This document shows positions 11,401 to 20,179 of a DNA stretch of 64,000 bases, piece by piece (positions within the stretch are counted from its first letter, which is position 1; each line of letters begins with the position of its first letter). Under the pieces are notes generated by a model. The model was not told where the DNA came from. It was given only the letters and a program-made list of their open reading frames with translations, and did no database searches. The position numbers were made by a program, and so were the translations under genes. The DNA comes from Nitrospirota bacterium (GTDB taxonomy: Bacteria; Nitrospirota; Nitrospiria; SBBL01; JAADHI01), in the NCBI GenBank assembly GCA_029261165.1, contig JAJDBV010000015.1:972-64971 (forward strand). The letters run 5' to 3'.

Positions 11401-11715
11401 AACACTTATATTGACAAGAATGGGACAAGCGTAGTCTATACCGTTCCTGCAGATGTTTACCCGGGTGACGACACCGTGGTCCCGACCGATTCCGATCTGG
11501 ACGGGATTATCGATCTCTACCAGTTGACGCTGAAGTTTAATCGTGACCTCCTGATTGCCGGAGTCAATGATGTCAACCAGCAGTTGTTGATTACACAGCC
11601 GACCGATCTTACCTCGACCGTTATTGCCACCGTAGGTGGTGTCGATATCGTGGTGGGGAGCGATACAAACATCATGATACATCCCCCTACCGTAACTCTG
11701 GGCGGCCCTCCTTAA
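8431..11715 (+). CDS. Giant secreted repeat protein: 7-fold propeller-like N-terminal repeats, then CARDB/Ig-like domains and a PKD-like domain
   Basis: 1094 aa. The start overlaps the upstream gene by an ATGA. The signal peptide is [28 protein letters not shown]. Seven repeats of the type (A/V)IDSxDxVH(I/L)xW are present. The PKD-like segment reads [13 protein letters not shown]...[20 protein letters not shown]...VNDGLLDS. Confidence 0.8.
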   Translation: MMRRALHLLMFIPVMAVLVFPSIGSSQSRVELGPEFRITQNPEWSSLPAIAIDSADQVHLSWAEDMIINGWFRKTVYKKLDLANPLSLPISISEGIGQFSADSVMAVGPGDRVHIEWHNWRFATEEMMHVSVSSSGQLGPPFLMTNTGGVNTDVPRIAVDANHGIHILYSSEHGRGRGIFNLFYQKFTYNPTTDQMIKEALVPITSDGGGIQIGDLALDSLGDIHIVWSDDGGVINYTKLNGISGAILVPLVQVSATSSGWPEVAVDKSEHVHIVWYQSGDIFYKKLGINGETLIPNKLVTLTVPLSNQPGIAIDSKGNPQIVWVEEDILGKNFEMFYTALNGQNGTKLIPDMMVTSDDQFNSLWGWPAIAIDSKDIVHVTWIEDKHRDLANISDQNREIYYRQIIPMSSFSNVRIIDTFSNTNIDLVQDSFARPPFSMTTTLDQTAVEWRFDTFSIEQIEDLSFDVTIRNPFPGESRLVNHKLELFYDDINGNPVQTVLGPQSVDVLSSVFTPTLSTNKALFTANEDVLIALSISNLGNLSRTIDTVVEIEDSLGNPVHTVATLPAEAFLAGVTKSFPGLIFNTGSTFAGDYRVHVRLIEAGIDVGEVFANFTIAPVKQAASTIVTDKISYSSNETVTLSPLVISQSPNATLTNLNATVTVSDSLDVLLFTESRALADLLPGAGFSYNAFFNTSTLPAGLYTTTLQVNTNGIPLTTSTADFEIISSLEQANALSGTLTVNPGSIFETESTILTYTIQNTGNEFDLPLISIEILVVDPNSQNPIRTLTDQTGLNGREVFIRSILFNSEDLNPRDYLLILRGTTAGITQTLDSAGLQVKRIPNTAPTANAGVDQNALTSQVILLDGSLSSDDEGDPLTFKWDFASKPAASTLTQASITNNGSSTPTFIPDVEGVYIMSLVVNDGLLDSAIDTVSVFVNPAPDIDIHPEVINLKSNGASKSITGVLSSPALSAFEFFTAADGLTVTATFRIENTYIDKNGTSVVYTVPADVYPGDDTVVPTDSDLDGIIDLYQLTLKFNRDLLIAGVNDVNQQLLITQPTDLTSTVIATVGGVDIVVGSDTNIMIHPPTVTLGGPP

Positions 11716-11858
11716 TCTCAGATAGAGATCCCCTTATCCCCGCTTTCGAAGATTCTGTGTGAAAAGGTGAAGAGCCGTTTTTTAGACGAGGGGTACTTGT
11801 TCATGTTCAAATTATAATCACGCTTTTCCTTCGTGTCATTCGTTCCTGGAGATGTCCT

Positions 11859-11878
11859 TTCATGAACGCGTTCATGAA
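11859..11878. promoter_or_regulatory. Perfect 20-bp palindrome (candidate operator or activator site)
   Basis: TTCATGAACGCGTTCATGAA equals its own reverse complement. It consists of two tandem TTCATGAACGC units and ends 6 nt before a TTGACA box. The same 11-mer occurs at 2619-2629. Confidence 0.35.
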
Positions 11879-11884
11879 CGCAAG

Positions 11885-11913
11885 TTGACAGGCGGAATTG
11901 TTTCCGCTAAAGT
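11885..11913 (+). promoter_or_regulatory. Sigma70-type promoter candidate upstream of the small ORF and the C1 operon
   Basis: TTGACA (11885-11890), a 17-nt spacer, then TAAAGT (11908-11913). The -10 box is only a moderate match. Confidence 0.25.
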
Positions 11914-11971
11914 TGGGAGATAGTTTTTGATGTTTGCGAAAGTTTTTATCGCTTCTTAAGATGAGGGTTTC

Positions 11972-12088
11972 ATGCAAAAGTTTATGAGAACATTATTTTT
12001 TATTTTTGTGATGCTCATTGCGGGATATTATGTTGTCCAGTTGGTACTGGTTATTTCTCCCGGAAGCGATATGTTCGCGCCCCGGTAA
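11972..12088 (+). CDS. Candidate 38-aa single-TM micropeptide (below the ORF-track cutoff)
   Basis: Manual translation gives MQKFMRTLFFIFVMLIAGYYVVQLVLVISPGSDMFAPR, ending at TAA 12086-12088. GAGGG lies 4 nt upstream of the ATG. There is no homology evidence. Confidence 0.25.
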   Translation: MQKFMRTLFFIFVMLIAGYYVVQLVLVISPGSDMFAPR

Positions 12089-12225
12089 GATCCTTCTTCT
12101 CCGACAGACTCCCAGGAAATAACAACAATAGATCCCTTCCTTTTTTTCTCCTGCACATTCAGAGGAACCGCCGCCGTTCTTGGGATTTCTTGACAAAATG
12201 AATCATAGATTGTTACCCTTCTGGG

Positions 12226-12855
12226 ATGAAAGGATCTTGCTTGGAGCGCGCTTCCTCAAAAAAAGAGATGCGGGAGAAGCTTCTCCGCTTTCGTGAAGAT
12301 CTATCTGTATCGGACTGTCATGAAAAGAGCAGAGCGCTTGCAAAACAGCTCCGGGTCTCCCCGGAATATATAGCGGCGCACACGATTCATTTCTACCTGT
12401 CGAATGCCGTAGAGGTACAGACCGACGAGATGATCCTGGACGCGCTCCGATTGAAAAAACGCGTCATTGTCCCGGTTGTTCATCCTGAAGACCGGTCTCT
12501 CTCTTTTTCAGAACTGTCGAGCCTTGATCCCGGTCAGATGCAAACGGGACCATTCGGCATCCGTCAACCGTTTCCTTCTGGGATAAAAGAAATAACACTT
12601 CATGAAATAGATCTATGGATTGTTCCGGGTCTTGGATTTGATGTCCAGGGAAACCGAATCGGTTATGGCGGGGGATATTATGATCGGGTATTGGCTGAGG
12701 TCAAAGTAAAGATCATCGGCCTGGCCTTCGAGTGCCAGGTCCTTACGACAGTCCCGGTCGATGAGTATGACCGCTCTGTACATAAAATTATAACAGAGCG
12801 GAGAACAATTGAATGTCTATTACAAGGAGGGCAGGGTGTCGGCGAAGAGAATTGA
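12226..12855 (+). CDS. 5-formyltetrahydrofolate cyclo-ligase (MTHFS)
   Basis: 209 aa. The family hallmarks are [13 protein letters not shown] at the N-terminus and the [23 protein letters not shown] motif. Confidence 0.85.
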   Translation: MKGSCLERASSKKEMREKLLRFREDLSVSDCHEKSRALAKQLRVSPEYIAAHTIHFYLSNAVEVQTDEMILDALRLKKRVIVPVVHPEDRSLSFSELSSLDPGQMQTGPFGIRQPFPSGIKEITLHEIDLWIVPGLGFDVQGNRIGYGGGYYDRVLAEVKVKIIGLAFECQVLTTVPVDEYDRSVHKIITERRTIECLLQGGQGVGEEN

Positions 12856-13690
12856 TGGGAAAATGATTTCGCAGCAGGTCCGGATCCGCGTAAAGAGTGA
12901 GGTGGAGAAGATCTCCGACCGGATCACGCCGGGACTTGCCGCGGTATTGGTTGGAGAAGACCCGGCTTCCAGGATTTATGTCCGCAATAAAAGGAAGAAA
13001 TGCGAAGAGGTCGGGATCTATTCGGAAGAACATCCCTTGCCGGAGTCCACTTCGGAAGATGCGCTTTTGTCTTTGATTGATAAGCTCAATCAGGACCCGA
13101 AGATCCATGGGATTCTGGTCCAACTTCCCCTGCCGGATCAAATTCAGGAACGCCGTATTCTCGAAGCAGTCCTCCCGGAGAAAGACGTCGATGGTTTTCA
13201 TTATCTGAATGTCGGGAAGCTGGTGGCGAATGAACCCGGTTTTGTTCCCTGCACGCCACTTGGGATCATCGAGATGCTCAATACCCTTGGCGTTGAAATG
13301 AAGGGGGCGAATGCTGTGGTGGTGGGCAGAAGCAACATCGTGGGAAAACCGGCGGCACTCCTTCTCCTGCACCGACATGCGACCGTGACGATCTGCCATT
13401 CGCGTACAAAAAATCTTGCTGCGGTCTGCCGCGAGGCCGATATTCTGATTGCGGCGATCGGAAAGCCACAGTTTATCAAGGCGGATATGGTCAAGGAAGG
13501 GGCGACGGTGATTGATGTTGGGATTAACCGCCTTCCGGACGGGCGACTGGTGGGCGATGTTGATTTTGAAGCGGTTCAGGAAAGAGCCGGCGCGATCACG
13601 CCGGTACCGGGGGGGGTCGGGCCGATGACGATCGCGATGCTCTTATCAAATACCCTCCAGTCGGCAAAATGGACTGCTGGTCTGGCATAG
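12836..13690 (+). CDS. folD: Bifunctional methylene-THF dehydrogenase / methenyl-THF cyclohydrolase
   Basis: Motifs present: [59 protein letters not shown] 12836 follows AAGGAGGG at 12822-12829. The track ORF starts at ATG 12809, which is the alternative start. Confidence 0.93.
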   Translation: MSAKRIDGKMISQQVRIRVKSEVEKISDRITPGLAAVLVGEDPASRIYVRNKRKKCEEVGIYSEEHPLPESTSEDALLSLIDKLNQDPKIHGILVQLPLPDQIQERRILEAVLPEKDVDGFHYLNVGKLVANEPGFVPCTPLGIIEMLNTLGVEMKGANAVVVGRSNIVGKPAALLLLHRHATVTICHSRTKNLAAVCREADILIAAIGKPQFIKADMVKEGATVIDVGINRLPDGRLVGDVDFEAVQERAGAITPVPGGVGPMTIAMLLSNTLQSAKWTAGLA

Positions 13691-13701
13691 GTCAATACAT
13701 A

Positions 13702-13983
13702 ATGAAGTACAAGTATCCGCTTTGCGTTCATGACCACCTCTGTGAGGATACGGGAGGCATCTGTCCGATTGTCGGCTGTCCGAAGGAGCTTGTCAATGGC
13801 CCTTGCGGCGGTGTTCGGGATGGTGGAAAATGTGAGGTCATTGAAGATCTTGACTGTGTCTGGGTAAATATATATAAGCAGATGGAGAAGGACAATGCAC
13901 TCGATACCTTCCTGAAAATACAAGAGGCGAGAAACACAAATTATTATGCGAGACTGGTCGAAAGCAAGAGGGACCCTTCATGA
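13702..13983 (+). CDS. metV: MetV-like small Cys-rich subunit (methylene-THF reductase C-terminal-domain-like)
   Basis: The Cys-rich core is CPIVGCPKELVNGPCGGVRDGGKCEV...DLDCVWV. ATG 13702 lies just after the folD stop, and an ATGA overlaps the metF start. The family assignment is from memory of acetogen MetV. Confidence 0.7.
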   Translation: MKYKYPLCVHDHLCEDTGGICPIVGCPKELVNGPCGGVRDGGKCEVIEDLDCVWVNIYKQMEKDNALDTFLKIQEARNTNYYARLVESKRDPS

Positions 13984-14885
13984 AAACGCTTCGGGAAGCC
14001 TGTGAATCGGGAGAATTTTTAATTACTTCTGAGTCTCCCCCTCCGAAGGGACCCGATGTTGGTCGATTTATCGCCCGCGCCGAGAGATTATTGGGATTGG
14101 TCCACGCGGTTAACGTAACAGACAATCAGGCCGCCGTGATGCGGGCCAGTTCCCTGGCCGTCAGCAAAATCCTCCTGGACATGGGGCATGATCCTGTCTA
14201 TCAGATCACTGGTCGGGATCGGAATCGCCTGGCGGTGCAGTCCGATCTGTTGGGCGCGCAGATCCTGGGGATCAGAAATGTTCTCTGCCTCACCGGGGAC
14301 TACGTAACGGTGGGAGACCAAAAGGAGTCCAAGCCGGTTTTTGATCTGGAGTCGGTTCAAATACTGAAGGTTGTTTCCGGGTTGAATCAGGGAATCGACA
14401 TGGTCGGAAAGGGGATGAACGGGGCCACCTCTTTGTTTCCTGGAGGGACAGTTACCCCCGAGACCGATCCCTTTGAGCCGTTGTTGATGAAATTCAAAAA
14501 AAAGGTCATGGTTGGTGCGCGGTTTTTCCAGACACAGGCCGTTTTTAACCCCGATCTATTTGGGCAGTTCATGGTGCAGGCCAGAAAATACGATGTAAAA
14601 GTCCTTGCCGGGATTCTCCTTCTGCGTTCTGCGAAGATGGCAAAATTTGTGACGAAAAATATTCCGGGCATCCGGGTCCCGGATGCCCATATTCAGCGGT
14701 TGGAACGGGCAGGACAGGAAGGTGCGTTGGAGATAGGCCTGGAGATCGCAGTCAAGACGATTGAATCAATTCGTAAAATGTGTGACGGGGTTCATATTAT
14801 GGCCATCAATGCGGAAGATCAGATACCGGTGATCCTTGAGCGCGCGGGCTTGCTGCCGATTTCAAATCGTACGGGAATGAGTTAA
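13980..14885 (+). CDS. metF: Methylenetetrahydrofolate reductase (short MetF type)
   Basis: 301 aa with a TIM-barrel MTHFR-like sequence (VNVTDNQAAVMRAS, NVLCLTGD, FFQTQAVFN). It is translationally coupled to the metV-like gene. Confidence 0.85.
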   Translation: MKTLREACESGEFLITSESPPPKGPDVGRFIARAERLLGLVHAVNVTDNQAAVMRASSLAVSKILLDMGHDPVYQITGRDRNRLAVQSDLLGAQILGIRNVLCLTGDYVTVGDQKESKPVFDLESVQILKVVSGLNQGIDMVGKGMNGATSLFPGGTVTPETDPFEPLLMKFKKKVMVGARFFQTQAVFNPDLFGQFMVQARKYDVKVLAGILLLRSAKMAKFVTKNIPGIRVPDAHIQRLERAGQEGALEIGLEIAVKTIESIRKMCDGVHIMAINAEDQIPVILERAGLLPISNRTGMS

Positions 14886-15686
14886 ATGGATCGCGTAACG
14901 GTTCCCATGATTCAGCAGAAGAAGGAGAAGGGAGAAAAAATCTCGGTCTTGACGGCCTATGATTTTCCCTTCGCAAAGTTGGTGGATGAGGCGGGGATCG
15001 ATATGATCCTCGTCGGAGACAGTCTCGGAACGGTCATTCAGGGAAAAGAGAGTACCCTGCCGGTGACGATGGACCAGATGATTTATCATACTCGGATGGT
15101 GACGCGTGCGGCCAAACAGGCCCTCGTGGTGGGGGATATGCCCTTCATGTCCTATCAGACCGGGATGGATGCGACGATAGAAAATGCGGGACGGTTTTTA
15201 AAAGAAGCCGGGGCCGCCGCAGTCAAACTGGAGGGTGGGGCTGGAGTCGTGGACCGGATTGCGGCATTGACTCGATATGATATCCCAGTGATGGCGCATA
15301 TCGGTTTGACCCCACAATCGATTCACCGCATGGGAGGGTACAAGATTCAGGGTCGGAGTCCCTCACAGGCGAAGCAACTTGTGGCAGATGCCAAAGCGCT
15401 TGAATCGGCCGGGGCCTTTTCACTGGTCTTGGAGGGGATACCTATCTCTGTTGCACAGGAGATTACGGCGACGGTTAAAATTCCAACCATAGGGATCGGT
15501 GCCGGACCCGATTGTGACGGACAGGTCCTCGTCCTCCACGATTTGTTAGGTCTCATGACCCGGTTTCAGCCAAAGTTTGTCCGCCGATATGCCGACCTTT
15601 CCACGATTGCATCAGAGGCCTTCCGACATTTTAAGTCCGATGTGGAATCCGGAAAGTTCCCTTCACAAGAAGAGGGCTACCAATAA
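14886..15686 (+). CDS. panB: 3-methyl-2-oxobutanoate hydroxymethyltransferase
   Basis: 266 aa with [27 protein letters not shown] and the [15 protein letters not shown] motif. The start is immediately adjacent to the metF stop. Confidence 0.95.
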   Translation: MDRVTVPMIQQKKEKGEKISVLTAYDFPFAKLVDEAGIDMILVGDSLGTVIQGKESTLPVTMDQMIYHTRMVTRAAKQALVVGDMPFMSYQTGMDATIENAGRFLKEAGAAAVKLEGGAGVVDRIAALTRYDIPVMAHIGLTPQSIHRMGGYKIQGRSPSQAKQLVADAKALESAGAFSLVLEGIPISVAQEITATVKIPTIGIGAGPDCDGQVLVLHDLLGLMTRFQPKFVRRYADLSTIASEAFRHFKSDVESGKFPSQEEGYQ

Positions 15687-16156
15687 TGTACGAACCTGAA
15701 ATCTTTTTTCACACCCGCCTCGAATGGCTGGAGAGAGAAGGGGGAACAACCCTCGATTATGAGAGTTATCCAAGATCACACCGGGTATCCTGCCCGAAAA
15801 AACCGCCGATTGGAATGTCGGCGGCTCCGCAGTATCAAGGCGATCCGGATCGTCTCAACCCGGAAGAACTCTTCACTGCATCCATCGCCTCCTGCCAAAT
15901 GTTGACCTACCTGGCCCTGGCGTCTTTTGCGGGTATCCGTGTCCTCTCCTATACTGATGAAGCTGAAGGGGTCCTCGCTAAGAAGGAGAGAAAAATGCAG
16001 ATGGTGCGCATCGTCCTCCGTCCCAGGATTGTTGTTGCAGAAGGAACGAACAAGGAAAAAGCCCTGGCCCTCGTCCAAAAAGCACACGCACAGTGTTTTA
16101 TCGCCAACTCGATCACGACAGAGGCGATTATCCAGCCGAGTGTTGTGGTGGGATGA
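15686..16156 (+). CDS. OsmC/Ohr-family peroxiredoxin-like protein
   Basis: 156 aa. It has the OsmC-like pattern NPEELFTASIASCQMLTY and a second Cys in AHAQCFIANS. The start overlaps the panB stop by 1 nt. Confidence 0.8.
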   Translation: MYEPEIFFHTRLEWLEREGGTTLDYESYPRSHRVSCPKKPPIGMSAAPQYQGDPDRLNPEELFTASIASCQMLTYLALASFAGIRVLSYTDEAEGVLAKKERKMQMVRIVLRPRIVVAEGTNKEKALALVQKAHAQCFIANSITTEAIIQPSVVVG

Positions 16157-16243
16157 TTGACTCTGCGAAAAATAACGCATGACTGACTCAGAGGCTCCAT
16201 CGTACTGCCGGATCTTATAATCACTCCTCTACGCATTTAAACC

Positions 16244-17605
16244 ATGAAGCTGATTCAACTATTAAAAAGAGAGCTTGCGTTCGAAGCGAACCGCTGGGTG
16301 GACAAGGGGCTGGTGAGCAAGGAGCAGGCCCAGACTATTCTGAAGCTCTACGGAACAGTGCTTCCAACAGGCGAGGAAAGATCCATAGGATATTCGATTC
16401 TGCTCTCGCTTGCGGCACTTTTTATGGGGCTCGCGGTCGTTGAGATTCTTGCTGCAAACTGGGATGAGATCCCGCGCGTTCTGCGGATCATATTACTCAT
16501 CGCCTTGACCGTGGGGACCAATGGCATCGGTATTCGTTCCATGCTCAGAAAAAAAGAGAACCTTGGGAGAGTCTGGCTCTTTGTCGGAGCGATCTTCTAT
16601 GGGATTTCCATCATGCTCATTGCGGAGAGTTATCAACTGGGTGAGCATTTTTCGGATGGGGTTTACTGGTGGGCGTTGGGTGTTCTTCCTCTGGCGCTTT
16701 GGACCCGCAGTGTTCTCATCATGTTCTTGACCTTTGTCCTCGCGTTGTCCTGGTTGCTTATCGACAGTAGCAACGGGTTTTTTCCCGCGAGCTTTCCTTT
16801 CTTCATTACTGCTTTTTTTTGGTTTTCCCTCAAACAGCGTCAGAGTATCCTCATTTTTCTCTCTGGTGTAATGGGGACATTCTTTTGGCTGGAACTCTTG
16901 CTGGCCTGGGGGCTTGGTAAAGGTGTACAGTTTGAGCATGGGCCCGAGCAGGTGGTTTTTTTAGGGGGACTTTTTTTAATCGCCCATGAAATCGGCCGGT
17001 TTTTAGAAGAGGTTTCGACCCAACACTGGTTGCGGTCCTACGGCCTCGCAATGCGCCTGTGGGAGATTCGCGTTGGTCTGATTGGTCTGCTGATTCTGAG
17101 CTTTGAGGAACCGTGGAAGATGTTGATCGATGCCCACTGGACGGCTGGGCCGTTTATGCGGTTCTGGGTTGTGTTAATTTGTGTCGTTCTGGGCCTGATT
17201 GTCTATTTCGCGGACCGTCACTGGGCATTTTCAGAGGATGCCGGAGGGGTTTTGAAACGACATGTTTCCACACTGGGGTTCTCGGGATTTTTCGTCTTGT
17301 CCACTTTCCTTGTTCTGACGTCGCCCGTCGACAACACGCCCGTCCTGTTGCAGTGTATTACGAATCTGTTCCTGGTCTTCGCGGGGATCTGGCTCATCGT
17401 GCGCGCCGTGCATGACACCTTGACTCACTATTATTATCTCGGAATAGGCATCCTGATCTTAACGGCTTTCTTTCGTTACTTCGATCTCATTGGGGATTAC
17501 CTGGGCGCGTCGGTACTTTTCCTGGTTTGTGCTGCGATCCTCTTTGGCGCTGCACGGTACTGGCGGCACCACATCGTCACGACCGCATCTGGAGAATCGG
17601 GATAA
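16244..17605 (+). CDS. Polytopic membrane protein (DUF2157-like)
   Basis: 453 aa. The soluble N-terminal helix (LVSKEQAQTILKLYG) is followed by about 11-12 hydrophobic helices. The family assignment is tentative. Confidence 0.7.
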   Translation: MKLIQLLKRELAFEANRWVDKGLVSKEQAQTILKLYGTVLPTGEERSIGYSILLSLAALFMGLAVVEILAANWDEIPRVLRIILLIALTVGTNGIGIRSMLRKKENLGRVWLFVGAIFYGISIMLIAESYQLGEHFSDGVYWWALGVLPLALWTRSVLIMFLTFVLALSWLLIDSSNGFFPASFPFFITAFFWFSLKQRQSILIFLSGVMGTFFWLELLLAWGLGKGVQFEHGPEQVVFLGGLFLIAHEIGRFLEEVSTQHWLRSYGLAMRLWEIRVGLIGLLILSFEEPWKMLIDAHWTAGPFMRFWVVLICVVLGLIVYFADRHWAFSEDAGGVLKRHVSTLGFSGFFVLSTFLVLTSPVDNTPVLLQCITNLFLVFAGIWLIVRAVHDTLTHYYYLGIGILILTAFFRYFDLIGDYLGASVLFLVCAAILFGAARYWRHHIVTTASGESG

Positions 17606-17626
17606 TTCTGTCTGGGGTTGTTTGTA

Positions 17627-18832
17627 CTAGGCCAAGGCCCTGTCCATGATATCGAGTCCTTTTCCTAATTCTTCTTCTGTGAGGGTGAGGGGAGGAGCGA
17701 TTCGGACGACGGTATTGGTATGGAGTGTCCAGCCGAGAATCAGTCCCGCATTCAGAGCCTTCCTTACAAAGGCTGCTGTTGTGTCTGCATCACAAAGCTC
17801 AAGTCCGATCATCAATCCCTTCCCCCGGACAGCGCGGATACATGAAGACCTCTGCGCGAGACCCTGCAAAGCGGTTTTTATTTTTTTGCCAAGCTGATCG
17901 GCCCTTTGTGTAAGGTCATTTTTCAGGATGATATTCAGGCTGGCCAAGCCGGCGGCACAGGAGACCGGGTGGCCGCCGAATGTGGTCACATGGGACAAAG
18001 GGGGGTCGGTCGAGAAGGTTGTCATAATTTCAGGAGATGATACGAAAGCACCGAGCGGCATTCCGCCTCCGAGGGCCTTGGCCAGCGTGATGATATCCGG
18101 AACCGTGTTCCAGTGTTCCAAGGCAAACAGTTTGCCGGTCCGCCCGAATCCAGTCTGAACCTCGTCAAAAATAAGGAGCGCGCCGACCTCGCTGCACCGG
18201 GCCCGAAGCGCCGGAAGGAAATCTTGATCCGGTATCCGAATTCCCCCCTCTCCCTGAATGGGTTCGGTGATGACGGCCGCGACCGATTGATCGATCTCAG
18301 AAAGCCTTTTGGTTTCATTGAAGGGGAGAAAGGTGATTCCGGGAAGAAGGGGTTCAAAGGGTTTTCTATAAATATCACGACCCGTCACTGAGCAGGCACC
18401 CTGGGTGTCGCCGTGATAGCTCTGCTCAAAACTGATGAAGCGTTTGCGGCCCGTCCATTTTTTTGCGAGCTTCAGTGCGCCTTCATTTGCCTCTGTTCCG
18501 CTGTTCGTAAAATAAACCTGTGAGAGGGGGTTGGGAAGGACCATTGCCAGCTTCTCAGCGAGGTCGACTTGTGCCGCCTGTATGGTCTCGCCATAGACCA
18601 TCACATGCAGATACTTTTCTGCCTGCTCCTTGATCGCGTTGACAACATCCGGGTGGGTATGCCCGATATTGGCGACCCCGATACCTGAGATGAAATCAAA
18701 ATAGGTTTTTCCATCTTTTGTGGTGAGTGTCACGCCTTCGGCGTGATCGATCTCCAAGCCCATCGGATGGATAGAGGTCTGGCAGACATATTTAAGGAAT
18801 TTTTCATGCCGGGAAGTCAATGCTGTTCCCAA
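17627..18832 (-). CDS. Class-III PLP aminotransferase (ArgD / omega-aminotransferase-like)
   Basis: 401 aa with TTG start. Motifs present: SGIGVANIGHTHPDVV, FTNSGTEANEGALKLAKK, FDEVQTGFGRTGKLFA, and TLAKALGGG (PLP Lys). It overlaps the luxC-like stop by 16 nt. Confidence 0.88.
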   Translation of the reverse strand: MGTALTSRHEKFLKYVCQTSIHPMGLEIDHAEGVTLTTKDGKTYFDFISGIGVANIGHTHPDVVNAIKEQAEKYLHVMVYGETIQAAQVDLAEKLAMVLPNPLSQVYFTNSGTEANEGALKLAKKWTGRKRFISFEQSYHGDTQGACSVTGRDIYRKPFEPLLPGITFLPFNETKRLSEIDQSVAAVITEPIQGEGGIRIPDQDFLPALRARCSEVGALLIFDEVQTGFGRTGKLFALEHWNTVPDIITLAKALGGGMPLGAFVSSPEIMTTFSTDPPLSHVTTFGGHPVSCAAGLASLNIILKNDLTQRADQLGKKIKTALQGLAQRSSCIRAVRGKGLMIGLELCDADTTAAFVRKALNAGLILGWTLHTNTVVRIAPPLTLTEEELGKGLDIMDRALA

Positions 18833-20175
18833 TCGACAAAGCGGAAGAGGTTGAAAAGTCGGAATTGGCCGTCATGATGCCAGGTCATTGGCGGCGTTTG
18901 CATTTTTCCAATCGCACAAATTCGTGATGCCCCTATTTTTGAGATGGCCGGAATCAGCTCTGCTTTCCGGTCCTCTGGAATGGCAATACCGATGGCCTGC
19001 AGAGCGGTGTGGATGGGTTCGAGATGGGGAATAATCTCGGTCAAATCGTGAACCGGCTTCACCCAGATTGTTCTGGAGAGAGGTGAGGCCGAAAAGCGTG
19101 GATCAGGATCGTAAAGGACGGTCCAGTCGACCCCTTTTGGGCTTGAAAAGACCTTTCCTCCCCGCAAGGGGAGAGACCCTCGTAATTGCTGGATCTGTGC
19201 GGCAATTACGGGTGAGGTCTCCCCCTTTGGAAGCCGGTTTGAGGCAGCATAGAGAGCCTGGGACAACCATTGTGCAAATTCAAGAGGGGTGTGGTTGCCC
19301 AGAGATTCGACATAGAAGAGGTGGGGCGATAGACAGCCCATTTGGTCATAGAGGGTGATATCGACGGCGGCCCGCTCCGCAACTTCCTTCTGTATTGACT
19401 CGCGTGCGATCACGCCCAGGCTGAGCTTGTGTCCGTGAAAAAGGGTTCTCGTGGGCGGGGGGATCAATTCCCGAACCTGAGCGATTGTTTCATCACTCCC
19501 GTAAAGAATAGCCAGGTCGGCCTTTTGAAAGGCGGCCCGGGTGATGTGGGACTCCTTATTATTCCATGTGAGAATGGCCATGCTTTCGGCAAGTTCCGGT
19601 CGGATCTGATGCAGTGATCGGGCAAAGAGAACCGGCAGGAGAGGTTCCTCCGTACTGACTTTTGCCAGATTGGCCGATTTTGCCAATAGGCCGCAGACCA
19701 GACTGATCACCGCCGTGCCGGAAATATTTCCGGGGAGGATGTGTGTAATCAGTCTTGGCCCGATTACGCGTGTGAACCCGAGTCCTTTTTTTTTGGGCCG
19801 AAACTGGTCACAGAGGGCCGGATCGCCTAGTTCTTCCTCCAGAAGCTGGATGAGGACAGGGCGCGTCAGGTTTTTAAAAAGGTCCTCCAGGATAAAATGG
19901 ATCATCTCCTTTGAGGCCCCGGACGTGAGGAGCAGGAGCGATTCGGCTTCTTTGCGTATCGGGTCTTTTGGATCGAGCCAGCGTTGTGTGGCGGCGTCAA
20001 TCCAGTCCAATATTTTGAAGATGGGTTCTTTCGCGAGTTTGTCTCCGGCACGAATCAGGCGATCCGAGATGTCGATCATTTTGTCCGGCGAGAGGACGGG
20101 GAGTTCCAAAAGAAGACCGTGATGTTGTTTTTTTTTCTCCGTAATGGAGGTGATGGGCAGAAAATATCCTTTCAT
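18817..20175 (-). CDS. LuxC-like acyl-CoA/acyl-protein reductase (aldehyde-forming)
   Basis: The ALDH-fold-like sequence has the candidate catalytic Cys in LYDQMGCLSPHLFYV. The likely start is ATG 20175 (MKGYFLPITS), 4 nt after the luxE-like stop. The upstream extension of the track ORF to 20292 overlaps luxE and is rejected. Confidence 0.75.
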   Translation of the reverse strand: MKGYFLPITSITEKKKQHHGLLLELPVLSPDKMIDISDRLIRAGDKLAKEPIFKILDWIDAATQRWLDPKDPIRKEAESLLLLTSGASKEMIHFILEDLFKNLTRPVLIQLLEEELGDPALCDQFRPKKKGLGFTRVIGPRLITHILPGNISGTAVISLVCGLLAKSANLAKVSTEEPLLPVLFARSLHQIRPELAESMAILTWNNKESHITRAAFQKADLAILYGSDETIAQVRELIPPPTRTLFHGHKLSLGVIARESIQKEVAERAAVDITLYDQMGCLSPHLFYVESLGNHTPLEFAQWLSQALYAASNRLPKGETSPVIAAQIQQLRGSLPLRGGKVFSSPKGVDWTVLYDPDPRFSASPLSRTIWVKPVHDLTEIIPHLEPIHTALQAIGIAIPEDRKAELIPAISKIGASRICAIGKMQTPPMTWHHDGQFRLFNLFRFVDWEQH

Positions 20176-20179
20176 CGAC

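Noticed and set aside
11993-12196. A 67-aa minus-strand ORF in the same gap.
   Set aside because: The translation is Arg/Gly/Cys/Asn-rich and implausible, with no RBS. It lies antisense to the more protein-like 38-aa hydrophobic ORF.
11716-12225. THF riboswitch or another cis-regulatory RNA in the 510-nt gap ahead of the folate operon.
   Set aside because: I could not find the conserved THF-I elements as I remember them (AGAGUAG, CGCGUUAAG, GCGAGAGCGCGG-like blocks). GGGAGAUAG at about 11915 is only a superficial match. An Rfam scan is needed for certainty.
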